DNA from: Candidatus Babeliales bacterium
GTDB taxonomy: Bacteria; Babelota; Babeliae; Babelales; JABCYS01
Length of the DNA stretch: 47,234 nucleotides
Assembly: GCA_016929235.1 (NCBI GenBank)
Contig: JAFGJD010000010.1
Location: 1 to 47,234 of the forward strand
Reading direction: 5' to 3'
Part shown: positions 19,407 through 28,118 of the stretch, piece by piece
Layout of the letters: each line of letters starts with the position of its first letter
How positions within the stretch are numbered: position 1 is the stretch's first letter
Program-made: the position numbers and the translations under genes
Notes under the pieces: model-generated
Database searches by the model: none
The model's input: only the letters and a program-made list of their open reading frames with translations
What the model was told of the DNA's origin: nothing

Positions 19407-19979
19407 TTAATCAATAATTGGATCACCCATCATAGATGTTCTAGTAAACGTGTCTGACGCAATGATATGACCACCCGCAGCATCCATAACCTGCTGTTTT
19501 GTTGCACCCTCTGGCAAGTCTAACATTGTATCAAGTGCGTATAGAGAAAAGTGACAATAATGAATCTGTCCCGATGGAGAACAGGGACCCCGATACCCAA
19601 TAGTCCCAAAACTATTTTTCCCTTGAACCGCTTCCTTGGGAAGGGCAGTGCCCCCCTGTTCTAGCGTCATGGTCATTGCAGGAATATTAAAAACTAACCA
19701 ATGAACAAAGGCATCAGGCCTGTTCTTGATATCGCGATCTTCAACAAGAACAATAAAGCTTTTTGTCCGTAGAGGTACACCCCTCCATACAAGTGCTGGA
19801 GCAATATTTTTACCAATACAGGTAAATTTTTGAGGGATCACCTTGCCCTGTATAAGATCAGGACTTGCTAACGTAAGCTCCGTTTTTTCCATAACGGCAT
19901 CCCTGACCCGATCCCACCACGATGCTTCCACATGTGCAACAGAACATGCCACAATTATTATTTGCAACAAACGTTTCAT
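19407..19979 (-). CDS. YbhB/YbcL (PEBP, Raf kinase inhibitor-like) family protein with signal peptide
   Basis: PALVW, FVHWLVFNIP, QGKNSFG, GYRGPC, FSLYALD. Confidence 0.88.
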   Translation of the reverse strand: MKRLLQIIIVACSVAHVEASWWDRVRDAVMEKTELTLASPDLIQGKVIPQKFTCIGKNIAPALVWRGVPLRTKSFIVLVEDRDIKNRPDAFVHWLVFNIPAMTMTLEQGGTALPKEAVQGKNSFGTIGYRGPCSPSGQIHYCHFSLYALDTMLDLPEGATKQQVMDAAGGHIIASDTFTRTSMMGDPIID

Positions 19980-20164
19980 AGTCACTCCCTTTTGTTTCCT
20001 AACAAGAACTTTGGCTGAGTATACCTCTATCGTTTCTCATTTAGAAAGAGAACCACAAACCAACCTATAGATTTTCAACAAGGCACATGCTACAGTGTCA
20101 CGACTCCACACAATGGCTTATATTGCCGTTGTATCAGGTAGAGTCATTGAAAAGGATCGCTTGT

Positions 20165-21217
20165 ATGCAGCCGCTCATCTTTGTTGTTTATGACGGAATC
20201 AAGAATTCTGTTTTCCACAGCCAGGTACTTGCTCCTTTGCTCAAACGTCTCCAAAAAAATCCCGACCAAAAGATTATCATTGTTAGTTTTGAACGGGCAC
20301 GTCCCTGTAAAATACCATCCTTTTTCGCGAGTGGCGCAAGTAATTATGTACAACTTATTTACCTAAAACGATTACCCTTCCTTAGTAAATTCAGCTTGTG
20401 GCATTCGGTATGGAAATTAAAACAACTCTTGCGACGCTACAACGAATATGAGCTGATTGCACGAGGCCCATTAGCAGGATGGATCTGTGTTCACAGCATG
20501 CATAAAAATGCATGCAAGCACCTTACTATTCAAGCTCGTGGGATCTTAGCTGAAGAATACAAAATGGCACATACATCTCGAAATCTGTTCCATCACTGGC
20601 GCGCTCGTAAGTTGTTCGAAATAGAGCGCGAAGTCTATCATGATTATGCTCATGGCCTTAAGCTGCACATTGAGGCAGTTAGTCCTGCCTTGTGCAAATA
20701 TCTTATCAGTACCTACCACGCACCGTATGAACAAATGGATATTGCTCGCTATGACATTCCCGACCCGATTCCCGTAGAAGACATAATTGCGTGGCGCTAT
20801 AAAATCAGAAAAGAACTCGGAGTCACCGATACAACCCACGTATACTGCTACAACGGATCAACAAAGCCATGGCAATGCCTTGAAGAAACCGTCAATTACT
20901 TTAAGGACGCATATAACCGATATCCTAATAGCTTTCTCTTATTGCTCACCCATGATACCAAGGCATGCAAAGTCATTGTAGGAAAGGCTCGTCTCGATGA
21001 AACGACATATCAGATCATCAGCACAAAACATGAAGATATTTATACATATCTTGCGGCATGTGATGTGGGATTAATTTTCAGAAAAGCATCACCAGTAAAC
21101 TGGGTTGCTCGTCCTACCAAAGCACTAGAATATCAGGCCGCAGGCTTGCGCATCGTTCACAACAATACCGTTGATTGGTTAATCAAACACACTATTTCAC
21201 TTGAGAAGCAGGTATGA
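20165..21217 (+). CDS. GT-B fold glycosyltransferase (GT4-like)
   Basis: YLAACDVGLIFR...PTKALEYQAAGL C-terminal motif; AAAGGA RBS before ATG 20165. Confidence 0.75.
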   Translation: MQPLIFVVYDGIKNSVFHSQVLAPLLKRLQKNPDQKIIIVSFERARPCKIPSFFASGASNYVQLIYLKRLPFLSKFSLWHSVWKLKQLLRRYNEYELIARGPLAGWICVHSMHKNACKHLTIQARGILAEEYKMAHTSRNLFHHWRARKLFEIEREVYHDYAHGLKLHIEAVSPALCKYLISTYHAPYEQMDIARYDIPDPIPVEDIIAWRYKIRKELGVTDTTHVYCYNGSTKPWQCLEETVNYFKDAYNRYPNSFLLLLTHDTKACKVIVGKARLDETTYQIISTKHEDIYTYLAACDVGLIFRKASPVNWVARPTKALEYQAAGLRIVHNNTVDWLIKHTISLEKQV

Positions 21218-21686
21218 GCTCCTGCATATCTTCTTCATTTAAAACACGCATAGCCAGAACATTATCAAAGCTCAATGAAATATCAACATAGCAGACTTCA
21301 GGATCCATCGTATGTTCTTCAAGCGTTATGAAGTCAGCATCATGTCCACAAACTTTCTTAACCTGCAATAAGATGGTTTTACCTTCATCATTAGCAAAGA
21401 TACGATACTCCTTACATATAACCGCTAATGATGTATCTTCTGTCACGCGAAGAGGAAGATATCGACCAATACTCATGTTACCAGCATCAACAACAATCAA
21501 TTGGTCATCTCTGGATGCTCGTGGTGGAACAAGATGAGGATTCGGAGAATCTTTGTATGCAGGAATCACCGCACCCTCTTCAAATAAGATGGAAGCACTC
21601 GTGGATCCGTTTGTAATAGACCGCAAAATCGCAGCTTCCACACCAAAAGTAACGCAAACAAACACAATGGCACAAAGAGTTTTCAT
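21192..21686 (-). CDS. Hypothetical exported protein
   Basis: AAGGAG RBS, signal peptide MKTLCAIVFVCVTFGVEA. Confidence 0.6.
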   Translation of the reverse strand: MKTLCAIVFVCVTFGVEAAILRSITNGSTSASILFEEGAVIPAYKDSPNPHLVPPRASRDDQLIVVDAGNMSIGRYLPLRVTEDTSLAVICKEYRIFANDEGKTILLQVKKVCGHDADFITLEEHTMDPEVCYVDISLSFDNVLAMRVLNEEDMQELIPASQVK

Positions 21687-21742
21687 GCTACTCTCCTTTT
21701 TCAAAAAGTAACATAATCCAATAGCCCAATACAACAAGATCT

Positions 21743-23008
21743 CTAGATAAACAAGCTTGCAATCATTGCTGAAAGTAAATTAGATAACGATCCGCCAAGA
21801 AGCGCACGAAGACCAAGCTCGCTCAACCAGGAGCGCTTACTTGGAACCAATACGCCAATGCCACCAATTTGGATGCCAATGCAGGAGAAGTTCGAGAACC
21901 CACATAACGCATAAGTCACGATAGAAATCGTGCGAGCAGACAAAGTTGTTTTGAGCATTTCACCGTATGCGACAAACTCATTGACCGTCAACTTAGTTCC
22001 CAAAAGCGCACCCACTTGTAATGCTTCATCTCCGGTAAAACCAAGAAGATAACTAAACGGAGCAAACACATATGAGAAAATAGCGTTCAAGCTCAATGTA
22101 GGGACAGCCGCTGTTATGCCTAAAATATTGTATGCCATACCAATACCATCTGAGCACAAAGCAAGAAGTGAATTAATTAAAGCAATCAGCGCAATGAAAG
22201 AGATCAGCATTGCACCAACATTCAGCGCCAAATACATCCCATCCGTTGTCCCTTGCGAGATCGCCTCAAGGACATTACCGGCCGATGATTCAAACGTTAC
22301 ATCCGCGTCTTTTGCGGTCTTAGATCGTTCGGTTTCAGGATATAACATTTTAGCAATAATGAGCGAACCAGGAATTGCCATGACACTGGCAGATAACAAA
22401 TGCTCAGTTGGAACACCCATACTTGCAAATACAACAAGTATAGAACCACTAATCGTTGCCATACCACTGACCATCACCACAAGCATCTCGGACTTGGTCA
22501 TGCTAGCAAGATAGTTTTTTACCAACAGCGGGGCCTCAGTTTGTCCCAAGAAGCTATTCGATATTGCGCACAACGTTTCTGATCCTGACGTACCAAGTAA
22601 TGGACGCACAACAGCACTAATGCCCTTTACTACCCATTGCACAATACCAATGTGAAATAGAAGTGCCATGAATGCGCCAAAAAAAACAATGATCGGAAGC
22701 ACTTGGAAAGCAAAAATAACCCCCAACGATCCATCCCCAACTCCACCAAAAACAAATGATACACCTGCTTGCGCAAATCCATACAAACTTGATACACCGT
22801 CAGCAATCACACCGATGACACTTTTACCGACACTCGTTTTAAGTGCAACAAACGCCAACACAAATTGTAGCAATAAACCCTGAACCACAAGTTTAAAGTT
22901 CACCGCAGAACGTTTTTTTGAGAAGGACCACGCAACACCCAAAATGACCATGATACCAAGTATATTCATGTAACGGTTATACTCCGTCATGTAGGAAAAG
23001 AATGACAT
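21743..23008 (-). CDS. nupC: NupC/CNT family cation:nucleoside symporter
   Basis: FAFQVLPIIVFF, FLGQTEAPL, GMATISGS, NEFVAY, YALCGFSNFSCIGI. Confidence 0.92.
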   Translation of the reverse strand: MSFFSYMTEYNRYMNILGIMVILGVAWSFSKKRSAVNFKLVVQGLLLQFVLAFVALKTSVGKSVIGVIADGVSSLYGFAQAGVSFVFGGVGDGSLGVIFAFQVLPIIVFFGAFMALLFHIGIVQWVVKGISAVVRPLLGTSGSETLCAISNSFLGQTEAPLLVKNYLASMTKSEMLVVMVSGMATISGSILVVFASMGVPTEHLLSASVMAIPGSLIIAKMLYPETERSKTAKDADVTFESSAGNVLEAISQGTTDGMYLALNVGAMLISFIALIALINSLLALCSDGIGMAYNILGITAAVPTLSLNAIFSYVFAPFSYLLGFTGDEALQVGALLGTKLTVNEFVAYGEMLKTTLSARTISIVTYALCGFSNFSCIGIQIGGIGVLVPSKRSWLSELGLRALLGGSLSNLLSAMIASLFI

Positions 23009-23051
23009 AAAGAAACCCTTTGGCTTTGAAAAAGTGATACGAATTAGATGG

Positions 23052-23080
23052 AGTATAGAAGTGTTGTGCGGTTAGCACAA
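23052..23080 (-). promoter_or_regulatory. Candidate sigma70 promoter of nupC
   Basis: TTGTGC-17 nt-TATACT ending 44 bp upstream of the ATG. Confidence 0.5.
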
Positions 23081-23254
23081 GGCGAAAGATATTGTTGAAG
23101 ATTTAGAGATATTTACACTACTTTGCCGTTCTTTTTTCTTTTATTGTGTAGTGCAATCTACCGACGCCATTGTGCCATTGCTAGTAAACGGCCACACCCA
23201 TAATTTGAGATTCGCACTTAGCATGCTCATAGTAAGTATAACAACGATACAAGT

Positions 23255-24328
23255 TTAAGATTTTAAGGCACTTGCGTGCTTACGTCGTTCTTCTTTTTCT
23301 TTTTGCATGAGTGCGTCAATTACCTCATCCATTTCACCGGTAATAAATCGATCAAGGCTTTTAAGAGTTAGATTGACCTGGTGATCAGTTACACGATTTT
23401 GTGGGAAATTATAGGTACGAACCTTTTCTGCACGCATACCAGTACCAACCATTTCTTTACGCTGAGCACTGCGTTCTTGCTGCGCCTTTTCTTGTTGGAA
23501 TGCAAGGATACGCGACTGCAAGATCTTCATTGCTTTTGCTTTATTTTTGTGTTGAGAACGCTCGTCCTGACAACTCACCACGACACCAGATGGAATGTGG
23601 GTAATTCGAACTGCAGAATCGGTTGTATTCACATGCTGCCCACCTGCACCACTAGCACGAAATACATCAATACGAAGATCTTGTGGATTAATTTGGACAT
23701 CAACATCCTCAGCTTCTGGCAATACCGCTACCGTCGCTGTTGAGGTATGAACACGCCCTGATGTTTCTGTTTTAGGAACACGCTGAACACGGTGTACTCC
23801 CGCCTCATGCTTAAGATGTCCATATGCGCCCTTACCTTGGATATGTAGAATTCCTTCCCTGATACCCTTTAAGTCAGTTTCGTTCAAACTGGAGACAGAT
23901 ACTCGCCAATGCTTGAGTTGGGCATAGTTGATATACATTTGCAGCAAATCTGCAGCAAAGAGCGCTGCTTCCTGGCCGCCAGCACCGGCACGAATTTCGA
24001 TAAAGACCGAGCGATCATTGAGGGGATCTGGCGGGAATAGAAGATCATCAATACGATTGAGGACATCAAGCTTCTGACTCGTAAGAGTAGCAACCTCTTC
24101 TTGAAAAAGGATATTGAGCTCAGAATCCTGTTCTTCATTGATCTGCGTTGTAAGTTCTTTGATAGATTGCTCAATCTCATGAACCTGCTTATGGGCAGAT
24201 ATCAACTCACTCAAAAAGGCATATTCCTTTTGGATCTTTTCCCGGTCTTCTCGAGATAGGGTAGCCGTCGTGAGCTGTTCAGAGAGCTCGGCATACCGCG
24301 CTTCAATGTCAGTCCAGTTAATAGCCAC
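23255..24328 (-). CDS. prfA: Peptide chain release factor 1
   Basis: EIRAGAGGQEA, VQRVPKTE (PxT specificity motif), GAGGQHVN, RTYNFPQNRVTDH; follows rpmE. Confidence 0.96.
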   Translation of the reverse strand: MAINWTDIEARYAELSEQLTTATLSREDREKIQKEYAFLSELISAHKQVHEIEQSIKELTTQINEEQDSELNILFQEEVATLTSQKLDVLNRIDDLLFPPDPLNDRSVFIEIRAGAGGQEAALFAADLLQMYINYAQLKHWRVSVSSLNETDLKGIREGILHIQGKGAYGHLKHEAGVHRVQRVPKTETSGRVHTSTATVAVLPEAEDVDVQINPQDLRIDVFRASGAGGQHVNTTDSAVRITHIPSGVVVSCQDERSQHKNKAKAMKILQSRILAFQQEKAQQERSAQRKEMVGTGMRAEKVRTYNFPQNRVTDHQVNLTLKSLDRFITGEMDEVIDALMQKEKEERRKHASALKS

Positions 24329-24343
24329 GATCGGGCCTTTCAG

Positions 24344-24607
24344 CTATTTCGCCTTCTTCTTGGGGACAGCCTTAGATTTAGAAGCGGGTTTTTTAGGTGC
24401 AGCCTGTTTTTGCTTGTTATAGCGCTGTTCAAACTTCTCGATACGGCCTGCGGTATCAATAAACTTTTGGGCACCCGTAAAGAATGGGTGACAGTGTGAG
24501 CAAATAGTGGTCGCAATATCAGTGCTTGTCGATGAAGTCTTGAAAGAATAGCCGCATGCGCAGCTAGCAGTTACTTCATGAAGCTCTGGGTGTAAACCTT
24601 GTTTCAT
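24344..24607 (-). CDS. rpmE: 50S ribosomal protein L31 (Zn-binding type) with Lys-rich tail
   Basis: MKQGLHP, CACG, CSHCHPFFTG, DTAGRIEKF. Confidence 0.95.
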   Translation of the reverse strand: MKQGLHPELHEVTASCACGYSFKTSSTSTDIATTICSHCHPFFTGAQKFIDTAGRIEKFEQRYNKQKQAAPKKPASKSKAVPKKKAK

Positions 24608-24668
24608 ACAAAAATCCTTTTAATCAGGCAAACTTGTAGATATCTCATATCATAGTAGGGATATCAAT

Positions 24669-24697
24669 AGTATCATGCAAAAGGGGGTTTTTGTAAA
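24669..24697 (-). promoter_or_regulatory. Candidate sigma70 promoter of rpmE-prfA
   Basis: TTTACA-17 nt-GATACT. Confidence 0.5.
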
Positions 24698-24832
24698 GGC
24701 AAGTATGGCTTACAACAGAACGGCTTAATGGACGCCTCAATCAGGGAAATCATGCCAAATGAGTTGGCTCTCCCAAGGAAAAGGAGATTACAATCAGCCA
24801 CTATGTACACTAGCGGTAAACAGCCTCAGTTG

Positions 24833-25306
24833 TTACCTTCGATTTCGGCCTTGGCCACGACCTCGCCCATCACCAAGACCATATCCCTGTCCACGCCCTT
24901 GATTCAAACGCCAACCATAGTGATATGGAAAATGATAGTCTAATCCGAATACCTTTCCATACTGTTCAAGAACAGAGACACCGATTGGACGACTAAATCG
25001 AATCCTCATGTAAAATGCATTGCAGTCACGCATACATTGATAAACCTCTACAATAAGGCCACCATTGGTCTTATTCAGCTCTGCAACCCGTTCTAATTGA
25101 TTTTTATACCGAGGAGCTTTAGTCATAAGGTGATTAAGCACTTCATCTCCATCCTTAAGCTCGGCACCCTCAAGACCATTATATAAAGCCTCTGGGATCT
25201 CCAATATAACCATTGTGTCATTCATAGTGACCGCACCTTTCACTGCCAAAACTGTTAACGAAAGAACCAAACCTATTGCACAGAATAGTTTTGATAAACT
25301 GCTCAT
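24833..25306 (-). CDS. Hypothetical exported protein with G/R-rich C-terminal tail
   Basis: GAGGTG RBS, signal-like N-term, ends GRGQGYGLGDGRGRGQGRNRR. Confidence 0.6.
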   Translation of the reverse strand: MSSLSKLFCAIGLVLSLTVLAVKGAVTMNDTMVILEIPEALYNGLEGAELKDGDEVLNHLMTKAPRYKNQLERVAELNKTNGGLIVEVYQCMRDCNAFYMRIRFSRPIGVSVLEQYGKVFGLDYHFPYHYGWRLNQGRGQGYGLGDGRGRGQGRNRR

Positions 25307-25338
25307 ATCACACCTCAAAATTAAACCTACAAAATTTC

Positions 25339-25382
25339 ATTCTAGACTAGCACCTCAATAATTCTAGACTAGCACCTCAATA
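25339..25382. repeat. Perfect 22-bp tandem duplication ATTCTAGACTAGCACCTCAATA x2
   Basis: Identical copies at 25339-25360 and 25361-25382. Confidence 0.97.
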
Positions 25383-25518
25383 ATTTGCAGCAACCCCATT
25401 ACAAAAAATCTTTTATTTTCGCCATTGATTTTGGCATTTTCCAACTATAAGAAGCCATCATTTGGTAAATCGGTATTAGTCTTGTAAGGCATTATCTATG
25501 CCTTCCTATGCGAAAGAG

Positions 25519-26001
25519 TTACGCTTGTAAATGCGCCTCAAGAAACCATAAATTCTTATCAAGCATTCTGACCAGCTCAATGTAAATATCACTGGTTGCC
25601 ATATCACCATTTTTTTCCGATGCCATTATATTATCGCGTACGTATTCACCCAAAATAGCCATATTATGCGCAAGATGCCCTATATGATCTTTCACAGTAA
25701 AAATAGTATTTGGACAAACCCTTAGCTGCGTATTTTCAGCAACATCCTTCAGAGTTCCTAAAGCTGTACCACCTAGACTCGTAATTCTTTCTGCTAAGAC
25801 ATCAGCCATCTCTTCGACTTGTTCAGCAATTTCGTCAAATAACTTGTGCATCGCAATAAAGGTCATACCCTTTACATTCCAATGCGCGTGTTTGCACTGC
25901 ATCATCAAATCGGTTGCTGATGCAAGTGTTGTATTCAACATTGTAATCGATGCCACACGATCCTTTTCTGCAAGACTCATTCGAGTCGCATGCATCTTCA
26001 T
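25519..26001 (-). CDS. dps: DNA starvation/stationary phase protection protein Dps
   Basis: KHAHWNVKG..FIAMHKLFDE, DVLAERI, DKNLWFLEAHL. Confidence 0.93.
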   Translation of the reverse strand: MKMHATRMSLAEKDRVASITMLNTTLASATDLMMQCKHAHWNVKGMTFIAMHKLFDEIAEQVEEMADVLAERITSLGGTALGTLKDVAENTQLRVCPNTIFTVKDHIGHLAHNMAILGEYVRDNIMASEKNGDMATSDIYIELVRMLDKNLWFLEAHLQA

Positions 26002-26104
26002 CAATACTCCTTTTTCTGGTCAATCGACTAATCGCCACCGGGACATCACCCGATTACATACTCTGTAGAAAAACTATAGTACAAGATGTCGGCTAAGCGC
26101 AATC

Positions 26105-27214
26105 TTATCTCACCATATCCGACCCCCTCAGTGCAATCATTACCTGTAGAGGAACCCTACTTGCGGCGGCATCACCCCCCCCATCATCACCTTCGATGTC
26201 TCTATTGTGAGCACTTAGACTTTCGCGATATCTATCCAAATAATGCAGACCAACTCTCCAAGCAATCCAGCGCGGATATGTAACTAGTATGCGAGTCCCA
26301 GGATTCTTAAATGACTGTTCTCCTAGTGGAGCATTCGTCCAACTTGGAGGTAAATTAGTAACAATATCATCAACATCCCAGGAAACTTTGGCCTTATAGA
26401 TATTTACAAACCTTGCCAAAGCTCGCACGCCCATATGTTCATCAAATTCAGTCTTTGCAAAACGATTAAATGGCCTAGGGGCACCAAAGGTCACAACCTT
26501 CACTGGATATCCTGGAACTTTACGTTGACCAGGAAAATAATGTTCGTAAAGTTGAGCGGCAAACAATGTTGCTATCGCCCCGCCTAAGCTATGACCTGTA
26601 AGAACTAATACATTTTGATGAGGTTTATATGCCAATTTTGCAAGAATTGCTAAAACGTCGCGCCGACATGACAGAGCAGCCTTCATGAACCCCCTGTGCA
26701 AGCGAGGCTCGCCCTTTGTAGGTTCCCAAAATTTCCTCATGTCTAAAGTTTCAGGTGATTCGGGAAAGTAGTTTTTAATTCCTTTTCTATCAAACTCCAG
26801 ATCGGTAAAAACCGACGGGTTTGTGATACTCGAAAAATCGGTTCCCTTAAAAGCTACAACAAACTGCCCATTCTTATATGCTACAATACCACAATGATTT
26901 TTTTTCAGGTCCCACGGTACTCCTTTTTCGTTACCCACTGCAATCCCAAATGGCACCACAGTATCCCAATAGGGTTGAAACCCTTTATTCATTATTGCTG
27001 ACAACTTTCCCAGTGGCATTCCGATCTCTTCCTTGTCGTCTGGTAATGCCGCATAGCTCGCTTCGCATGCATTCAACAAAGTTTGTCTCCACCAATAAAA
27101 ACCCTGCTCATTTTTCTGATTAAGAAGAGCTATGGCATCACCTTCACATGCCTTCACAGCAATACCAGCGCATATGAACCACAAGCACAAAAATCGCAGG
27201 AAATACTTACACAT
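26105..27214 (-). CDS. Class 3 (fungal-type) lipase / phospholipase A1, predicted exported
   Basis: VVAFKGT oxyanion region, LHRGF, LTGHSLGGAIA nucleophile, TFGAPR, DDIVTNLP (Asp), LHYLDRY (His); AAGGAG RBS and signal-like N-term. Confidence 0.85.
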   Translation of the reverse strand: MCKYFLRFLCLWFICAGIAVKACEGDAIALLNQKNEQGFYWWRQTLLNACEASYAALPDDKEEIGMPLGKLSAIMNKGFQPYWDTVVPFGIAVGNEKGVPWDLKKNHCGIVAYKNGQFVVAFKGTDFSSITNPSVFTDLEFDRKGIKNYFPESPETLDMRKFWEPTKGEPRLHRGFMKAALSCRRDVLAILAKLAYKPHQNVLVLTGHSLGGAIATLFAAQLYEHYFPGQRKVPGYPVKVVTFGAPRPFNRFAKTEFDEHMGVRALARFVNIYKAKVSWDVDDIVTNLPPSWTNAPLGEQSFKNPGTRILVTYPRWIAWRVGLHYLDRYRESLSAHNRDIEGDDGGGDAAASRVPLQVMIALRGSDMVR

Positions 27215-27296
27215 AAAAACTCCTTTTGTGTTTAGAATCTTATTGGGGGCATGATAAATAGAAAAAAGACACTGTTCAATAGCCCAGTAAGCAGAC

Positions 27297-27327
27297 AATA
27301 AAAGAACCCGGCAGATTTGCCGGATTC
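27297..27327 (-). terminator. Intrinsic terminator downstream of the Fic gene
   Basis: GAATCCGGCA-AATC-TGCCGGGTTC stem followed by TTTTATT. Confidence 0.7.
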
Positions 27328-27386
27328 CTGCATTAATCTTTGATGGATTGACTCAATTAGATTGCATAGTTTTTGTAAAGCTTAAG

Positions 27387-28046
27387 CTACTTCCTTTTTT
27401 GATTGAGGAGAAAACCTTCTAGAAAATCTACAAACGATCTTGGGGCATCTTTATATCCGACATACATGAGTTGACCATCGTCTAAGCTATTATCATATCC
27501 AGCTCTATGTATTTCGATATATTTTTCGAATTGCTCATAGCTCAGGTTCTTGTAACCATGGTCATGTAAAACCCATAAAGCAAGCACTCTTGCCACTCGA
27601 CCATTACCATCATCAAAAGGATGTATTTTCACAAACCCATAGTGTAAATTTGCAGCCCTCTCAATAGCTGAAGCTCCTTGATGATAGTGAACTAGTAACG
27701 CTTCCACTTCTCCTTCTATGCAATAACACTCACTATCCGGCGGCAAAAATCTTACAGTACGCGAGTTACAGATCCTGGGCGCCCCACGCCCTTGTCTGTA
27801 GCCCACCTCCTTGTCAAGTCCCAAAACTGTCGCGTGTAGTTTGTGTATAGTTATGTGATCCATAGGTTGCCCCCTCACTTTATGATAAGCAGCACCACAC
27901 TTTTCTTTACGGTTTCCCATATCTCCTCTAAAACTTCTATCAAGATAAATAACGTGGCTATGGGCCTCTGTCATAGATCGCAATCTCGTTCCAGCAGCTG
28001 TCAAACTAGCAGAATTAAGCTGACGCGCTTTATACCAGCTACTCAT
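27387..28046 (-). CDS. Fic domain protein (putative AMP transferase)
   Basis: Canonical HPFDDGNGRVAR motif; IHKLHA and GYRQ segments. Confidence 0.88.
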   Translation of the reverse strand: MSSWYKARQLNSASLTAAGTRLRSMTEAHSHVIYLDRSFRGDMGNRKEKCGAAYHKVRGQPMDHITIHKLHATVLGLDKEVGYRQGRGAPRICNSRTVRFLPPDSECYCIEGEVEALLVHYHQGASAIERAANLHYGFVKIHPFDDGNGRVARVLALWVLHDHGYKNLSYEQFEKYIEIHRAGYDNSLDDGQLMYVGYKDAPRSFVDFLEGFLLNQKRK

Positions 28047-28094
28047 AGTACACTCGAAGGATTATTTTCATCATTGAGAATTGTACATGACAAA

Positions 28095-28114
28095 TATCAG
28101 CAAAGACGCTGATA
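28095..28114 (-). terminator. Hairpin immediately after the MutS-like gene stop
   Basis: TATCAGC-GTCTTT-GCTGATA followed by TTTGT. Confidence 0.45.
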
Positions 28115-28118
28115 AATT

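Noticed and set aside
23009..23254. Purine riboswitch upstream of nupC
   Set aside because: No purine aptamer consensus; the candidate promoter lies too close to the start codon
25339..25382. Possible CRISPR repeat
   Set aside because: Only two abutting copies, no spacer, no cas genes in the window
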